A DNA stretch of 28,213 nucleotides from positions 23,586 to 51,798 of the forward strand of contig CAYUSB010000004.1 in the NCBI GenBank assembly GCA_964447205.1. Reading direction: 5' to 3'. The position numbers and the translations under genes are program-made. The notes beneath the pieces are model-generated. The model was not told the DNA's origin. It did no database searches and worked only from the letters and a program-made list of their open reading frames with translations. This document shows, piece by piece, positions 1-11,782 of the stretch. The stretch comes from an uncultured Myxococcaceae bacterium (GTDB lineage: Bacteria; Myxococcota_A; Polyangia; Polyangiales; Ga0077539). Numbering within the stretch: the first letter of the stretch is position 1; the number at the start of each line of letters is the position of its first letter.

Positions 1-48
1 GGGGTGCATGCCGGGGTGCATGCCGGGGTGCATGCCGGGGTGCATGCC
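1..48. repeat. 4 perfect tandem copies of a 12-nt unit (ggggtgcatgcc), coding for HPGM repeats on the minus strand
   Basis: Direct reading of positions 1-48. The repeat may continue beyond the window. Confidence 0.8.
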
Positions 49-444
49 GGGATGGGGCTGCTGCACGATGACGGGCGGGGGCTGCTGCTGGACCACCACG
101 GGGACGCCGCCGGGCTGTCCGCCGCCCCACTGCTGGAAGCCGCGGCCGGGGCAGCGCCAGCCGCCTTCGCGCCACATCCACTGTCCGCGACGGGCGACCC
201 ACTGGCCCTGCACGAAGCGGCACTGCTGCTGCGGGGGAGCCGCCCACTGGCCCGGAACCCACTGATACTGGGCCCCGTCCCAGGCCCAGTGCCCGGGGTT
301 CCACTGGTGGCCGGGGGCGGGGGGGGGCATCTGGCGCTCGAAGCGGGGTGGAGGCGGAGCACGGCGCACCCAGCCCTGGGCCGAGGCGGGGAGGGCGGCA
401 AGGGCGCTCATGGCGAAGATTGCTGCGGTGACGACGTGCTTCAT
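1..444 (-). CDS. Secreted Trp/Gly/Gln-rich repeat protein, C-terminus cut by window edge
   Basis: Minus-strand ATG at 442-444 gives MKHVVTAAIFAMSALAALPASAQG, a typical signal peptide. It is followed by repeated W-x-x-G-x-W / YQWVPGQW-type aromatic motifs that resemble the Pfam WXXGXW/YXWGXW repeat family. The reading frame runs off the window at position 1 through a tandem HPGM peptide repeat. It is absent from the ORF track only because no stop lies in the window. Confidence 0.6.
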   Translation of the reverse strand, partial: MKHVVTAAIFAMSALAALPASAQGWVRRAPPPPRFERQMPPPAPGHQWNPGHWAWDGAQYQWVPGQWAAPPQQQCRFVQGQWVARRGQWMWREGGWRCPGRGFQQWGGGQPGGVPVVVQQQPPPVIVQQPHPGMHPGMHPGMHPGMHP

Positions 445-527
445 CGGGTACCTCGTGGAGGAGTCTTGTGTGGGCCGCAACCTTCTACGCCGTGAGACCC
501 TCGGACATTCTTTGCGACGGCAACTTC

Positions 528-947
528 CTACCGGGACAAGGCCATGGCAAGCCACGCCGCGACCGCGAGGAATACCCCCGAGGCGGCCCCGAGGAGACGA
601 TAGCGCCCCGCGCCGCCCCGCCGCCCGAAGGCCTCGCCCAGTAGGGCTCCCATCAGAAACACCGCCGGGACCAGCACCGACGACAGCCGAGCGGCCATCC
701 GGGCGGGCTCGTCGGCGCGGCCTGTGAGCAACCGGGTCTCGACCACCCAGGTGAGCGCAAAGCCCAGCACCACCCCCAGGATGCCCCCCGCGAGCCAACC
801 AAACCGCGCAGCCCAGGTGGCCCGGGTCTGCTCCTGGGCCGAGGGTGCGTCGGGTGCGTCGGAGGCGTCGGGTGCGTCGGGGGCGTCGGTCACGGGCAGG
901 GCCAAGGGGAACCCTGCCACAAGGTCTGGGGCGGGCCCAACCCCCAT
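528..947 (-). CDS. Small membrane protein with 3 predicted TM helices
   Basis: 139-aa ORF with three hydrophobic helices ([59 protein letters not shown]). The N-terminus has an acidic [15 protein letters not shown] repeat encoded by a short DNA tandem repeat near 840-895. GC3-rich codon usage is consistent with coding. The start is uncertain. Confidence 0.4.
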   Translation of the reverse strand: MGVGPAPDLVAGFPLALPVTDAPDAPDASDAPDAPSAQEQTRATWAARFGWLAGGILGVVLGFALTWVVETRLLTGRADEPARMAARLSSVLVPAVFLMGALLGEAFGRRGGAGRYRLLGAASGVFLAVAAWLAMALSR

Positions 948-1033
948 CGACGGCGGGGGCCGAGGGTGCTATGTGGCGGACCCCTTGGACGCCCAATGGC
1001 GCGACGCCATGTCGCGCAGGAGTGAGAGCGAAG
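948..1033. promoter_or_regulatory. Divergent intergenic region, likely icd promoter
   Basis: 86-bp gap between minus-strand gene start (947) and icd ATG (1034). GGAG lies 13-16 nt upstream of the icd ATG. Confidence 0.3.
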
Positions 1034-2431
<1,398 letters not shown>

Positions 2432-2627
2432 TCCCTCCCGTATCCCCCCCGTCGACACCCCTTTACGAAACGGCCTCGGGCGTGCAATGTCCGCCCGCGC
2501 GAAGGCGCACCCGCGGCGGACGACGTCGCCCCGGAAGGTCTCTCCGGGCGACGCGGGAGTGCCCCACGACGGCCGTCGCAGACATCTGGAAACCCCTCAG
2601 CGAGACAGACGCAGGAGCATTGGTCCC

Positions 2628-3575
2628 ATGGCGAAGCGCAACAAGATCGCCCTCATCGGCGCGGGCAACATCGGCGGCGAGCTGGCCAACCTGGCGGTGT
2701 CGAAGCAGCTCGGCGACGTCGTGCTGTTTGACATCCCGGCGAAGGCCGACTTCGCCAAGGGCAAGGCCCTCGACCTCGCGCAGAACAGCGCCGTCCTCGG
2801 GTACGACGCCCAGATCTCGGGCAGCGGCGACTGGGCCGACTGCGCCGGGGCGGACGTGATCATCATCACCGCGGGGGTGCCGCGGAAGCCCGGCCAGAGC
2901 CGCGACGACCTCGTGGGGATCAACCTCCCGATCATTCAGAACGTCGCGGAGAACGCCAAGCGGTACTGCCCCGACGCCTTCACCATCGTCATCTCCAACC
3001 CCCTCGACGTGATGGTGTGGGCCTTCCGTGAGGTCACCGGCTTCGCCCCGGCCAAGGTCGTGGGTATGGCGGGCGTGCTCGACGCGGCCCGGCTCCAGTG
3101 TTTCCTCGCCGCCGAGGCCGGGGTCTCGGTCAAGGACGTGCGGGCCATGGTGCTCGGCGGACACGGCGACGACATGGTTCCGGTCCGGGGGTACTGCACC
3201 ATCAACGGGGTGCCCGTGGCCCAGGTGATCGACGGGGCCCGGCTCGACGCCATCGAGCAGCGCACCCGCGGGGGCGGCGGGGAGATCGTCAAGCTCATGG
3301 GCACGAGCGCGTACTACGCCCCGGCCAGCGCGGCCATCGCCATGGCCGAGGCCTACCTCCTCGATCAGAAGCGCCTCCTGCCGGCGGCGGCCCACCTCAC
3401 CGGGCAGTATGGCTACCAGGACATGTACCTCGGGGTGCCCGTGGTGATCGGCAAGGGCGGGGTCGAGAAGATCGTCGAGATCGCCCTCTCCGACGCCGAG
3501 AAGGCCATGCTGGCCAAGAGCGCCGACAGCGTCCAGGGCGTCGTCAACGTCGCCAAGAAGCTGTGGAACAAGTGA
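2628..3575 (+). CDS. mdh: Malate dehydrogenase (LDH-like MDH family)
   Basis: [17 protein letters not shown] Rossmann motif and a conserved LDH/MDH core ([30 protein letters not shown]). AGGAG lies 10-14 nt upstream of the ATG at 2628. Confidence 0.95.
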   Translation: MAKRNKIALIGAGNIGGELANLAVSKQLGDVVLFDIPAKADFAKGKALDLAQNSAVLGYDAQISGSGDWADCAGADVIIITAGVPRKPGQSRDDLVGINLPIIQNVAENAKRYCPDAFTIVISNPLDVMVWAFREVTGFAPAKVVGMAGVLDAARLQCFLAAEAGVSVKDVRAMVLGGHGDDMVPVRGYCTINGVPVAQVIDGARLDAIEQRTRGGGGEIVKLMGTSAYYAPASAAIAMAEAYLLDQKRLLPAAAHLTGQYGYQDMYLGVPVVIGKGGVEKIVEIALSDAEKAMLAKSADSVQGVVNVAKKLWNK

Positions 3576-3579
3576 GCCG

Positions 3580-4791
<1,212 letters not shown>

Positions 4792-4801
4792 GGAGAGGGC
4801 C

Positions 4802-5683
4802 ATGTCGATCCTCGTCAACAAGAGCACGCGCCTCGTGGTGCAGGGCATCACGGGCAAGTTTGGTTCGTTTCACGCGCGGCAGATGCTCGCGTACGGCACC
4901 GACCTGGTCGCCGGGGTGACCCCGGGGGCGGGAGGCACCCGCTTCGACCAGACGGTCCCGGTCTACAACACCATGCACGAGGCCGTGCACCACACCGGGG
5001 CCAACGCCTCGGTGATCTTCGTGCCCCCCGCCGGGGCCGCCGACGCCATCCTCGAGGCCGCCGACGCAGGGATCGGCCTCGTGGTCTGCATCACCGAGGG
5101 GGTGCCCGTCATGGACATGCTCCGGGTGCGCCGGGCCCTGGAGCACCGGCTCAACAAAGACCTCCGCCTCGTCGGGCCCAACTGCCCCGGGGTCATCACC
5201 CCCGGACAGTGCAAGATCGGGATCATGCCCGGCCACATCCACAAGGTGGGCAACATCGGGGTGGTCTCGCGCTCGGGCACCCTCACCTACGAGGCCGTCG
5301 GCCAGCTCTCGGCCCTCGACGTGGGGCAGAGCACCTGCGTAGGCATCGGGGGCGACCCCGTCAACGGCACCGACTTCATCGACGTCCTCACCCTGTTCAA
5401 CGACGACCCCGACACCCACGGGGTCATCATGATCGGCGAGATCGGCGGGAGCGCCGAGGAGAAGGCCGCCGGCTGGATCAAGGCCCACATGAAGAAGCCC
5501 GTGGCGGGTTTCATCGCGGGCACCACGGCCCCTCCCGGCAAGCGCATGGGCCACGCCGGGGCGGTGATCTCCGGCGGCAAGGGCAAGGCCAGCGACAAGA
5601 TCGAGGCCATGGAGGCCGCGGGCATCCGCGTGGCCCCGACCCCCGCCCAGATGGCCGAGACCCTGCTCGCCATGATGAAGTAG
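4802..5683 (+). CDS. sucD: Succinyl-CoA synthetase alpha subunit
   Basis: [24 protein letters not shown] with the active-site His region [10 protein letters not shown]. It follows sucC by 10 nt. Confidence 0.95.
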   Translation: MSILVNKSTRLVVQGITGKFGSFHARQMLAYGTDLVAGVTPGAGGTRFDQTVPVYNTMHEAVHHTGANASVIFVPPAGAADAILEAADAGIGLVVCITEGVPVMDMLRVRRALEHRLNKDLRLVGPNCPGVITPGQCKIGIMPGHIHKVGNIGVVSRSGTLTYEAVGQLSALDVGQSTCVGIGGDPVNGTDFIDVLTLFNDDPDTHGVIMIGEIGGSAEEKAAGWIKAHMKKPVAGFIAGTTAPPGKRMGHAGAVISGGKGKASDKIEAMEAAGIRVAPTPAQMAETLLAMMK

Positions 5684-5765
5684 TCGCCCTGCGCGACCTA
5701 CTCCCCCCGCCGACTGAAGGGCCCTTGGCCCGGTGTGTGCTGGATGCAGCGTCAGGAGACTGACC

Positions 5766-6155
5766 ATGCAACACGGACACTGGGCCACCCTCTCGATCTC
5801 TTTCGAAACCGCCCTCACACGGCTCCCGTCGGCCCTCAGCGATGAGGGATTCGGCATCATCACCCAGATCGACCTGCAGGCCACCCTGAAGGAGAAGCTC
5901 GGGGTGGAGACGGGGCGCTACCACATCGTTGGGGCCTGCAACCCCACCCTGGCGCACAAGGCTGTGGCAAATGACCCCACCGTGGGGCTCCTCCTGCCCT
6001 GCAACGTGGTGCTGCACGAGACCCCCGAGGGGGACGTTCGGATGGGGGTGATCGACCCGACCAGGACCCTCGGGGTCGACGGGGGTCCAGAGCTCCAGGA
6101 GGTGGCCAGGGACGTCGAGGTCCGCCTCCTGCGGGTGCTGGAGGTCATGAAGTGA
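5766..6155 (+). CDS. DUF302-family protein
   Basis: [78 protein letters not shown] matches the DUF302 pattern ([19 protein letters not shown]...ILGACNP..A...LLPCNV). The ATG at 5766 is preceded by AGGAG at -10. The upstream part of track ORF 5733 is ignored. Confidence 0.75.
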   Translation: MQHGHWATLSISFETALTRLPSALSDEGFGIITQIDLQATLKEKLGVETGRYHIVGACNPTLAHKAVANDPTVGLLLPCNVVLHETPEGDVRMGVIDPTRTLGVDGGPELQEVARDVEVRLLRVLEVMK

Positions 6156-6291
6156 AACGCCGACGAAACACCTCGGGCAGGAACACCTGTCTGCGCCGAG
6201 GGCCTTGCCAGCGAGGCCTCGCGCGTTTATAGGGCGCCCCACCGCCGCGGGCCCTCTGTCTCCCTACACCCCGCGCGCAGGAGCCCGCGTC

Positions 6292-6711
6292 ATGGCCATC
6301 GAGACCACCTTCGCCATCATCAAGCCCGACGCCGTGGAGAAAAACTCCACGGGCGCCATCCTCGCCCACATCGAGCGGGCGGGGTTTGTCATCAAGGGCG
6401 CCAAGCGTCTGCACCTCACCCAGGCCCAGGCCGAGGGGTTCTACGCCGAGCACCGGGCCCGGGGCTTCTTCGGCGAGCTCGTGACCTTCATGTCGCGGGG
6501 GCCGGTGTTTGTCCTGGCCCTCGAGGCCGAGGGGGCCATCACGAAGTGGCGCGAGGTCATGGGAGCCACCGACCCGGCCGCCGCCGCCGAGGGCACCATC
6601 CGCAAGCTCTTCGGGGCCTCCAAGGGCGAAAACGCCACCCACGGGTCGGACTCCCCGGGGGCAGCCGCCCGCGAGCTGGCCTACTTCTTCGCGTCGTACG
6701 AGCTGCTCTGA
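6292..6711 (+). CDS. ndk: Nucleoside diphosphate kinase
   Basis: [18 protein letters not shown]...NATHGSDSP with active-site His and the NDK signature. AGGAG lies 10-14 nt upstream of the ATG at 6292. The upstream part of track ORF 6205 is rejected. Confidence 0.95.
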   Translation: MAIETTFAIIKPDAVEKNSTGAILAHIERAGFVIKGAKRLHLTQAQAEGFYAEHRARGFFGELVTFMSRGPVFVLALEAEGAITKWREVMGATDPAAAAEGTIRKLFGASKGENATHGSDSPGAAARELAYFFASYELL

Positions 6712-6720
6712 GACTTCGCC

Positions 6721-6755
6721 CCGCCCGCCCAGAGCCACTCAGGGCAGGCGGGCGG
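6721..6755. terminator. Candidate bidirectional stem-loop between convergent ndk and the GH43-like gene
   Basis: ccgcccgcc (6721-6729) pairs with ggcgggcgg (6747-6755) around a 17-nt loop. There is no U-tract, which is common in high-GC genomes. It overlaps the stop of the minus-strand gene. Confidence 0.25.
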
Positions 6756-7743
6756 AGATGCGGCCCACCTGCGAGCCCGCGAGCCACCCCGACGGGTCTC
6801 CGCAGGCGCTGAAGTACACATGGATGTGGTCGCCCGAGGCCACCGCGTCGACGGCCCCGAGGTGGCTCCGGGCCCACCCCTCGCCCGAGAGGGTCAGGAG
6901 GGGCGCGTCGTTGGCCGACCATAGGGTCCCGTCGAGGCTGTGCACGAGCCGCAGGGAGGCCGTGGGGGCTCCCTCGGGGTCGACCCCGTAGACGGTCTGG
7001 AGGCCCGCGTAGCCGCCGCCAAGACACGGGAAGACCTTGAGGCTCCCGGCCCCGACCGAGGCCTCGGGGGTGTCAGCCCGGGGCTGGAGCACAGGCTGCG
7101 GATGGGGGACAAACCCGAGGTCCAGGTCGTCGGTCTCGGCCATGCCCACGTACCGCGGGACGGCCCCGTCGCCGAGGGAGGCGGTTCCCGCGGAGAAGTA
7201 GAGCTTCCAGCGGTCGCCGGCGTGGACGAGGCAGGGGTGGCTCACCCAGTCTCCGCCCCCCTGGGCCGCGAACCACGGGAGGCTCGTGGTGAGGGTCGGG
7301 GTGGTCGTGTCCCAGTCGTAGACCGTCTGCCCGAAGCGGGTGACCAGCTCGGCCCGGGCGGGGAAGGGCAGGGCCCCGCGGGCGGCTACTGCGATGGGGC
7401 CGCGGGTGTACATCATCACCAGGCCCTCGGGGAGGAGGCGGACGTGGGCCCCCATCGCGTGGGCGGCCACGAGGTCCTCGCGCGACCAGCGCAGCCCGTC
7501 GGGGGAGGTGTAGTGGTCGATGCCGAGGGGGGAGTCGGCCCACAGGTGCCACAGGTCGTCGAGGCGGTTGTCGGCCGAGAGCACCGTCGGGTCGCGGACC
7601 GCGGGGGCCCCAAGGGTGGGGACCAGGAACGGGGCCGTGGCCACGGGGCTCCAGCGCAGGGCAGACCATTCGGCGGCGGTGAGGCGTCGGTCGAGGGGGT
7701 GCATGGCCTCGGGAGGATGCCTCATCCGGGCCCCGGGGTGCAT
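6739..7743 (-). CDS. Five-bladed beta-propeller glycoside hydrolase-like protein (GH43/GH32/GH130 clan), start uncertain
   Basis: Only the C-terminal ~335 codons of the 914-aa track ORF look protein-like (RDPTVLSADN, WKLYFSAG, HIHVYFSACG blade-like motifs). The rest is antisense to the GHL10 gene. Candidate starts are 7743 (MHPGAR..), 7725 and 7704. No signal peptide is present. Confidence 0.55.
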   Translation of the reverse strand: MHPGARMRHPPEAMHPLDRRLTAAEWSALRWSPVATAPFLVPTLGAPAVRDPTVLSADNRLDDLWHLWADSPLGIDHYTSPDGLRWSREDLVAAHAMGAHVRLLPEGLVMMYTRGPIAVAARGALPFPARAELVTRFGQTVYDWDTTTPTLTTSLPWFAAQGGGDWVSHPCLVHAGDRWKLYFSAGTASLGDGAVPRYVGMAETDDLDLGFVPHPQPVLQPRADTPEASVGAGSLKVFPCLGGGYAGLQTVYGVDPEGAPTASLRLVHSLDGTLWSANDAPLLTLSGEGWARSHLGAVDAVASGDHIHVYFSACGDPSGWLAGSQVGRISARLP

Positions 7744-7788
7744 CACGGGGCTTGAAGGAGCTCCGGGGGTGGTGTTCCCCTCCCGCGG
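7744..7788. promoter_or_regulatory. Divergent promoter region between the GH43-like and GHL10 genes
   Basis: 45-bp gap between divergent start codons. Confidence 0.3.
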
Positions 7789-9468
7789 GTGACGCGCGCA
7801 CGAACGATCGGGCTGGGCCTCCTCCTGGCCCTGGGCGGGGCCACAGGGTGCGGGGACATGGCCGACGACCCAGGAGGGGATGCCATGTCCGACGCGGCCG
7901 CGGAGGGCCCCCTGGACGCCCTGGACGCGGCCTCCGCGGACGGCCCGACCGACGCGGGGCGGGACGCGGGGCGGGACGCAGGCATGGACGCAGGGCGGGA
8001 TGCGTGGATCGACGTGGGGATCGACGTGGGGATCGACGTGGGGATCGACGCGGGACGAGACGCGGGCATGGAGGCCGGGGTGGATGCGGAGGCGCCGGTG
8101 TTTCGGGGGCACACCCGGGAGTTTCGGGGGGCCTGGGTGGCCACGGTGTTCAACATCGACTGGCCGAGCCGGACGGGGCTGTCGGCGGCGGTCCAACGGC
8201 AGGAGATGAACGCCCTCCTCGACGCCGCGGCGGGGGCCGGGCTCAACGCAGTGATGCTCCAGGTGCGGCCCGAGGGGGACGCCCTGTACCGCTCGACCCT
8301 GGAGCCCTGGTCGCGGTTTCTCTCGGGGCGACAGGGGACCGATCCCGGCTACGACCCCCTCGCGTACGCCGTCGCCGAGGGGCACCGGCGGGGGGTGGAG
8401 GTTCACGCGTGGATCAACCCGTTTCGTGCCCGAACGAGCGCCACCGGCACGTCCGTGGCCCCCCACATCAGTGTCACCCACCCCGCCGCCTGCGTCGTCT
8501 ACGACGGGGGCCTGTGGATGAACCCCGCCTCCCCCGTGGTGGTCGACCGGCTCGCCTCCGTGGTCGAAGACCTCCTCGCGCGGTACGAGGTCGACGGGAT
8601 CCACTTCGACGACTACTTCTACCCCTACCCCGAGACAGGGATGGCCTTCCCGGACAGCCCGGACTACCAGCGGTACCAAACCGGGGGCGGGGCCCTGTCC
8701 CTCGGCGACTGGCGCCGCGACAACGTCAACCGCGTGATCGAACGGGTCGGGGCCGTGGTGGCCCGGGTTCGGCCGACGGCCCGGTTTGGGGTGTCGCCCT
8801 TCGGGATCTGGCGCCCGGGAAACCCCGCGGGCATCACGGGCCTCGACGCGTACGCCGCCATCTACTGCGACGCCCCGCGCTGGATGCGGATGGGCTGGGT
8901 CGACTACCTCGCTCCGCAGCTCTACTGGCCCAGCACCCAGGCTCCGCAGGCGTACGGGCCCCTCGTGCGCTGGTGGGCCGAGACCACGTCCGCGGGGCGC
9001 TCGGTGTTTGGCGGCAACAACCTGTCGCGCCTGGGGTCGTCCAGCGCCTGGACGGCCGCCGAGATCCGGCAGCAGGTGACCCTCACCCGCGACAATGCCG
9101 GGCGCGGGGCCCGGGGAAACATCTTCTTCACGATCAGCCAGGTGCGGGCCAACCGGCTCGGGGTGAGGGACGTGCTGCGGGAGTTGTATACGACCCCGGC
9201 CCTGCCGCCCCCGGTGGCCGCGCGGCGTGGGGTGACGGTGGCCCCGCCGGGGGTGACGCGGACGGGAACCACGCTGACGGTGACCCATCCGCGGACGGGT
9301 TCGTTGCGGTCGTGGGTGGTGTACCGGGCCGACGGGGCGGGGTGGACGGTGGAGGAGATTGTTCCGGCGGCGCGGGGGACGGTGACGGTGCGGTCGGGGC
9401 GGTGGGCCGTGACAGCCGCCGACCGCGACGCGGTGGAGAGCGCCCCGGTGATGGTCACGGTGCCGTGA
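7789..9468 (+). CDS. Glycoside hydrolase-like family 10 (GHL10/DUF187, YngK-like) lipoprotein
   Basis: Signal peptide with lipobox (LLLALGGATGC). The core RGAWVATVFNIDWPS...NAVMLQVRPEGDALYRS..EPWS..GYDPLAYAVAEGHRRGVEVHAWINPF matches the GHL10 TIM-barrel family. The N-terminal low-complexity DAGRDAG/IDVG tandem repeat is encoded by 12-nt DNA repeats at 7951-8073. Confidence 0.85.
   Translation: MTRARTIGLGLLLALGGATGCGDMADDPGGDAMSDAAAEGPLDALDAASADGPTDAGRDAGRDAGMDAGRDAWIDVGIDVGIDVGIDAGRDAGMEAGVDAEAPVFRGHTREFRGAWVATVFNIDWPSRTGLSAAVQRQEMNALLDAAAGAGLNAVMLQVRPEGDALYRSTLEPWSRFLSGRQGTDPGYDPLAYAVAEGHRRGVEVHAWINPFRARTSATGTSVAPHISVTHPAACVVYDGGLWMNPASPVVVDRLASVVEDLLARYEVDGIHFDDYFYPYPETGMAFPDSPDYQRYQTGGGALSLGDWRRDNVNRVIERVGAVVARVRPTARFGVSPFGIWRPGNPAGITGLDAYAAIYCDAPRWMRMGWVDYLAPQLYWPSTQAPQAYGPLVRWWAETTSAGRSVFGGNNLSRLGSSSAWTAAEIRQQVTLTRDNAGRGARGNIFFTISQVRANRLGVRDVLRELYTTPALPPPVAARRGVTVAPPGVTRTGTTLTVTHPRTGSLRSWVVYRADGAGWTVEEIVPAARGTVTVRSGRWAVTAADRDAVESAPVMVTVP
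7951..8073. repeat. Tandem 12-nt coding repeats (gacgcggggcgg / gatcgacgtggg units, ~10 copies)
   Basis: Direct reading. Three perfect consecutive gatcgacgtggg units lie at 8008-8043. Confidence 0.8.
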
Positions 9469-9528
9469 GGGAGACGGGGCCAACGGCGACGAGGTGGGCT
9501 ATACCCTCCAGGGCGAGGACGGTGGACG

Positions 9529-10650
9529 ATGCGTGGCCCGCGATTGTGTGGAGCGTGTGGAGCCCGACCCGCGGTCGGTGACGCGGGGAAGGACTGCGCA
9601 TCGTGCGGTGCCCCTCCGACCGCCTGGGAGCTTGAGCAGGGGCAGGAGGGGTGGATCGCCCGCGTCACGATGTCGCTGGTGATGCTGGGGAGCGGGCTCG
9701 CGTGCTTCGCCGCGGTGCTCGCGCTTCTCAGCGGGTGGGCCTTCCCGTCCGTCGCGTGGAAGGTGGTGCAGGCGGTGCTGGGGCTCGTGGTCGTTCCGTT
9801 TGGGACGCTCACCGGGGCGGTGCTCGTCTACGGGTCGGTCGAGGGGCTGGTGATGACCACCTGGCGATGGAAAGACCCGGTCGACGGCGAGGGACAGGCG
9901 AGCGCCAAGGTCGTGCTCGGTCGGCTGAAGTCCGCGCAGGGGCGGAGGGCTCGGGTGGGTACCCCCCTCCCAGTGCCTGCGATGCGGGCTTCGCCGGTGG
10001 AGCTGTTTCGTTCGCTCAAGACCGTTCGCGCGGAGGCCTTGAAGCGCGCCTCGCTCGGCATCGGGACGCCGCCCACGGTCGATCTCCTCCTGGTGTTTGG
10101 GATCGTTCGGTTGGCGTACGCGGGCGTGATGGAGATCGCGGTCCGCGAGAGCCGAAGCTGGGACCTGAAAGGGGTCGGTGCGTGGTGTGCGAGTCCGTCC
10201 CCGTTGATGCTTCGGCGAGGGACGGCCCGACCGAGCGTCTCGCTCAACGATCCGGTGAGTGTGCTGCTCCTCGCCGCGCTCGCACAGTTTGATCTCGACG
10301 CCACCACGAAGGCGTCGGTGGTGGGCGAGGGTGCGTATCGGCGTGGAGCGCTGGGGGAGGAGCTTCCGCCAGGTCCGTGGGTTCGGCTGAGTGACCTCCT
10401 CGACGCCCTGGTCCCCCTGGTCTCGCTGCAAAACCCGAGGCAGTCGATCCGCGATCGGATGCGGCATCACGCCGAGATCGCGTCCGACAGCACCCTGTCC
10501 GACGAGGCGATTGTCGACGACGTGCGGGGCGTCGTGGCGTGGCGCGTCGCCGGCGAGACGCGGGCGATCGTGCCGTTGCTGCTCGCTTGTCTGACGCGGC
10601 TATCTCCGAGGTACAGGCCCCCGGGGGTTGCCAGGAAGGACATGAAGTGA
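9529..10650 (+). CDS. Hypothetical protein with N-terminal CxxC-x14-CxxC zinc ribbon and two TM helices
   Basis: LCGACGARP...CASCGAP zinc-ribbon spacing, followed by two hydrophobic helices and a ~260-aa soluble region. GC3-rich codon usage. The opposite-strand ORF 9499..10470 is Arg-rich junk. Confidence 0.5.
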   Translation: MRGPRLCGACGARPAVGDAGKDCASCGAPPTAWELEQGQEGWIARVTMSLVMLGSGLACFAAVLALLSGWAFPSVAWKVVQAVLGLVVVPFGTLTGAVLVYGSVEGLVMTTWRWKDPVDGEGQASAKVVLGRLKSAQGRRARVGTPLPVPAMRASPVELFRSLKTVRAEALKRASLGIGTPPTVDLLLVFGIVRLAYAGVMEIAVRESRSWDLKGVGAWCASPSPLMLRRGTARPSVSLNDPVSVLLLAALAQFDLDATTKASVVGEGAYRRGALGEELPPGPWVRLSDLLDALVPLVSLQNPRQSIRDRMRHHAEIASDSTLSDEAIVDDVRGVVAWRVAGETRAIVPLLLACLTRLSPRYRPPGVARKDMK

Positions 10651-10726
10651 AGTTTGCGGGTGGGGGCCATGTCGAGCGCCTCGGCGATGGACACGGTGTC
10701 GTCAGGGTGGGGAGGGAGCGGGGCGC

Positions 10727-11563
10727 TCAGCGGCGGCGCTCGAAGCGGAAGGTCACCGACCCGCCCGCGCAGAGGACGGTCTTGCTCCCCGCGGCGAGCT
10801 CCGCGGGGGTCGCGGTGAGTCGCCCGCGGCACACCACATCGCCCGCGCGCACGTTGGTGATGGGCGAGTCGTCGTCTTCCAGCACGAAGTCGAGGCCCGC
10901 GCCGAGGCGAGGCTCTTCGACGATGCCCACCTCGGCGTCGTAGGTCCCCTCGCAGCGGTTGCCCGCCGGCGCGGTGATCATCCCGTTGACCCGCACGAAG
11001 GGGTCGGGCAGCGACGGGGAGCAGAAGGGCTGACCGCCGTTGCGGCACGCATCCCACGAGGTGTCGCAGCGGTCGACGCGCGCTGAGGCCACCCGCAGGA
11101 GCCACAGCGGACCGGTGTACGGCGCCGGGTCGCAGCGCCCGAAGCCCTCGGCACAGACGAAGCCCGCGCCGCAGGTGCCGCACTCGACCACCCCGCACGC
11201 GTCGGAGCTCGCGATGCCGCACTGTCGTCCCGTGCAGAGCTCCTCGCACGCCGAGGGGCCGGTGTCGGGCGCGCCCGCGTCGGCGGGGGTGCGCGGCAGG
11301 AGCTCGCAGCGGGCTCGTCCGCCCCCGGGCCGCACGCACCGCGCGTCGTCGCCGCAGTCGTCGTCACGCGTGCAGAGGTCCTCGGGCTCGGGCTCGGGCG
11401 TTGCGCCGCCGTCGGCCTCCTCGGGGGGCTCTGCCGGGACGTGGGTGTCGGCGGTGGCGGCGCCCGCGTCGGCGCGGCGAGACTCGGGGAGCGTGTTGCC
11501 CACGTAGCAGGCAGACAGCGGGGCGAGGGCGGCGACGACGAGGAGCGAGGTGAGTACGCGCAT
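10727..11563 (-). CDS. Cys-rich secreted lipoprotein
   Basis: The ATG at 11563 (MRVLTSLLVVAALAPLSAC, lipobox LSAC) has GGAGG 8 nt upstream. The mature part has an acidic linker, then Cys-knot-like CTRDDDCGDDARC and CEELCTGRQCG..ACGVVECGTCGAGFVCAEGFGRC motifs. The track ORF start at 11767 is rejected. Confidence 0.65.
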   Translation of the reverse strand: MRVLTSLLVVAALAPLSACYVGNTLPESRRADAGAATADTHVPAEPPEEADGGATPEPEPEDLCTRDDDCGDDARCVRPGGGRARCELLPRTPADAGAPDTGPSACEELCTGRQCGIASSDACGVVECGTCGAGFVCAEGFGRCDPAPYTGPLWLLRVASARVDRCDTSWDACRNGGQPFCSPSLPDPFVRVNGMITAPAGNRCEGTYDAEVGIVEEPRLGAGLDFVLEDDDSPITNVRAGDVVCRGRLTATPAELAAGSKTVLCAGGSVTFRFERRR

Positions 11564-11782
11564 GGGGGACCTCCGTGAGAACGATCGCCCCTGTCGCAAG
11601 GTCTGGGCCGCCGTGAATAGGCTTGTTTTTATGGCACTTGTGCTGGTCTGAGCGGGGCGTCGGCGCGGCGGGCGGGGCGCGGGCGCCACGGTGTCGGTCG
11701 CGCGGTGCGGCGATCTCGCCGTCGTGTCATCGGAGCAAACTGGACGTCGCCCGCGGCGAGGCGCCACCCCGAGCGCCTTGTG

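Noticed and set aside
2432-2627. Possible rho-independent terminator after icd (imperfect stem gtcgccccgga / tccgggcgac near 2519-2552)
   Set aside because: The stem is imperfect with a bulge and has no U-tract. It cannot be distinguished from generic GC-rich secondary structure.
7951-8073. CRISPR-like array
   Set aside because: The repeats are 12-nt, directly tandem without spacers, and lie in-frame within a lipoprotein linker. No cas genes are present.
7744-9483. Upper two-thirds of the 914-aa minus-strand ORF 6739..9483
   Set aside because: It is antisense to the GHL10 lipoprotein gene and has Arg/Pro/His-rich composition. Only the 3' ~1 kb (6739-7743) looks like a real protein.
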